From Halocafeteria seosinensis (lineage: Eukaryota), in the NCBI GenBank assembly GCA_001687465.1, contig LVLI01000290.1, forward strand, positions 1-64,000: 64,000 bases of DNA. Direction: 5' to 3'. Positions 62,344 through 64,000 of this stretch are shown here, piece by piece (positions within the stretch are counted from its first letter, which is position 1; every line of letters begins with the position of its first letter). The notes below the pieces were generated by a model that saw only the letters and a list, made by a program, of their open reading frames with translations, had not been told where the DNA came from and did no database searches. A program made the translations under genes and the position numbers.

Positions 62344-64000
62344 ATGAATATCCCGCTGCAGGCGGAAGGCGCGCAAATGGACGGTGCCGTCCGCGCTGCG
62401 TACCAATGTTGCTTCTGCCCTGGCTCCTGGCCAACGGGCCAACTGCTAGTTGACCACCTGCGCCAGAACCATCCTGATCGAATTGGCTCGCTTTCCCCAG
62501 CCTTCCTACTGGCAAACAACCTACGCAGAGAGGGGGAGCATGTTTTTGGCGCGCGCCAGCGGGCTCCAACGCCAGCCACCATACACCTGGACCCTTTAGC
62601 AGCCTGAAGGCAAGATCGAACAGCTTCCAAGTGGACTGAAGTCTCCGAATACCTTCAGTCCTTCCAGGACCACAGGGAATACCTGCATTCGAAGGCGTCG
62701 CAGAAGGAGCAAGTCATGTTTTGGCTCCGGAACGGTGACCTGGGGAAGGCCGTCAAAGCTGTCCGGCCTGCGAACGCTCCTGAAGGCTCGGAGGAGGAAA
62801 TCTTGGACCGACTGAAGGTTCTTCACCCTGTCGGAGAGCCATTAGACCCACTCCCCTTCAACATGGGTGCACAAGTGCAGCTAACGGAGCAACAACTACG
62901 TCTCGCCATCAACAAAGGCAAGCCATCTTCCTCGCCCGGTCCTTCTGGCATCACGTACCCTTAGCTCCGGCAGCTCACAGCGAGCAAAGCTGGAATGTCC
63001 TGGGTTCTTGATCTGGTGAATTCAATCCTAAGAGGTGAGTCGCATCCTGACAACAAGGAACTCAGAGACGCCAAACTAGTCGCACTAGGCAAGCCCGATG
63101 GTTCCGTGCGCCCAATAGCAATCGGTGAGACCTTATACAGAGCCATGAACCGCGCGGCCCTGAGCAAGGTGATGGAGCAGTGCCGGGAAGTCCTTGCCCC
63201 TTTGCAGCTAGGAGTTGGCTTCAGCAATGGATGCGATTACATTATCCACTCCATCCGCCATCGCCTGGACCACAACCCCCAGGACACGCTTCTCAGCGTG
63301 GACTGCTCCAACGCGTTTAACTGCATTAAGAGGGAGAAGGTACTGGATGCGGTCCACCAGAAAGTTCCTGCACTCATGGGGCTCGCTGCTTGGGCATATG
63401 GTTCCCCATCTACACTCACGTGGAACGGAAACAGCGTCACGAGCAGTTCTGGAACAAAACAAGGCTGCCCTATCGGAGGCAACCTATTTTGCCTCGGTTT
63501 GCAGGATGTCCTCGAGGATGTCCAACAAACGTGGCCCGCCATCGCACTCTTTGCATATATGGATGACATTCACATAGTTGGACCCAACGATGACTGTCTT
63601 GAGGGATCCGAGAAGGAGCGTCATATAGCATTGCGGGGGTAATCCAAGATTACCTAGGTCTCCACACAGGGTCATGGTGTCTTCGAAGTCCTTCCGGACG
63701 TGATTGGAGCAGAAGTTAACGCCTCCAATAGGCGCTCCCAGAACAACCAGTCCTGTGTCATCACCCCTCACAGCAACGGAGCTTAGTGAGTTTTGCCAGG
63801 CCTCTTCCTCGGGGATTCCTCCAACTAGGGCCTTGCACTTGGCCCTGTTGACCGACAGCCCGACTTGCTCCAGGAGGTCGCACAGCTTGCCAAATGCTGC
63901 GAGTGCTAGATTCAGCCAAGTTTGCCCTTAATTACACTGACACGGATGTGTATGGACTCTCCGTGGATAGTCCCCAGCCTCCCCACTGGCTTCGGGCAAT
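62344..64000 (+). mobile_element. CRE-like non-LTR retrotransposon (C2H2 finger + reverse transcriptase), disrupted; runs off the window
   Basis: CCFCPGSW…LVDHLRQNH; SSPGPSG, LVALGKPDGSVRPIAIGE, QLGVG, SVDCSNAFN, GTKQGCPIG, AYMDD in one frame broken by TGA (62605) and TAG (62962); 63600-63907 inverted. Confidence 0.9.

Overview
Gene-dense window from a compact eukaryotic (protist-like) nuclear genome, using the standard code and short GT-AG introns (mostly about 55-115 bp). The taxon cannot be fixed from the sequence alone. Housekeeping genes include Yae1, an RNF32-like RING protein, a 1991-aa kinesin, Nup98-Nup96, a GNAT, SRP receptor alpha, arginyl-tRNA synthetase, an S6K/RSK-like kinase, protein C10, PIG-U, TEX47-like, TMEM41, an ER thioredoxin-fold protein, TMEM62-like, glyoxalase I and a JmjN/JmjC demethylase. 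Three accessory zones interrupt them. (i) 1-8.9 kb holds a 249-bp tandem repeat, a decayed membrane-protein paralogue, a bacterial-like NmrA pseudogene, and two nearly identical 76-87 bp structured, (TG)n-tailed insertions, each with its own target-site duplication. (ii) 35.5-42 kb holds a lipid-anchored ankyrin gene, a Crinkler/CR-type P-loop NTPase + PD-(D/E)xK nuclease gene whose open frame depends on splice-acceptor choice, and MULE and hAT relics. (iii) 59-64 kb holds an intronless 24-aa-repeat LRR gene, a MULE relic, and a CRE-like non-LTR retrotransposon with a clean 308-bp internal inversion that restores the frame when flipped back. No rRNA, tRNA or CRISPR was recognised. All family calls come from motif recognition by eye, not database searches.
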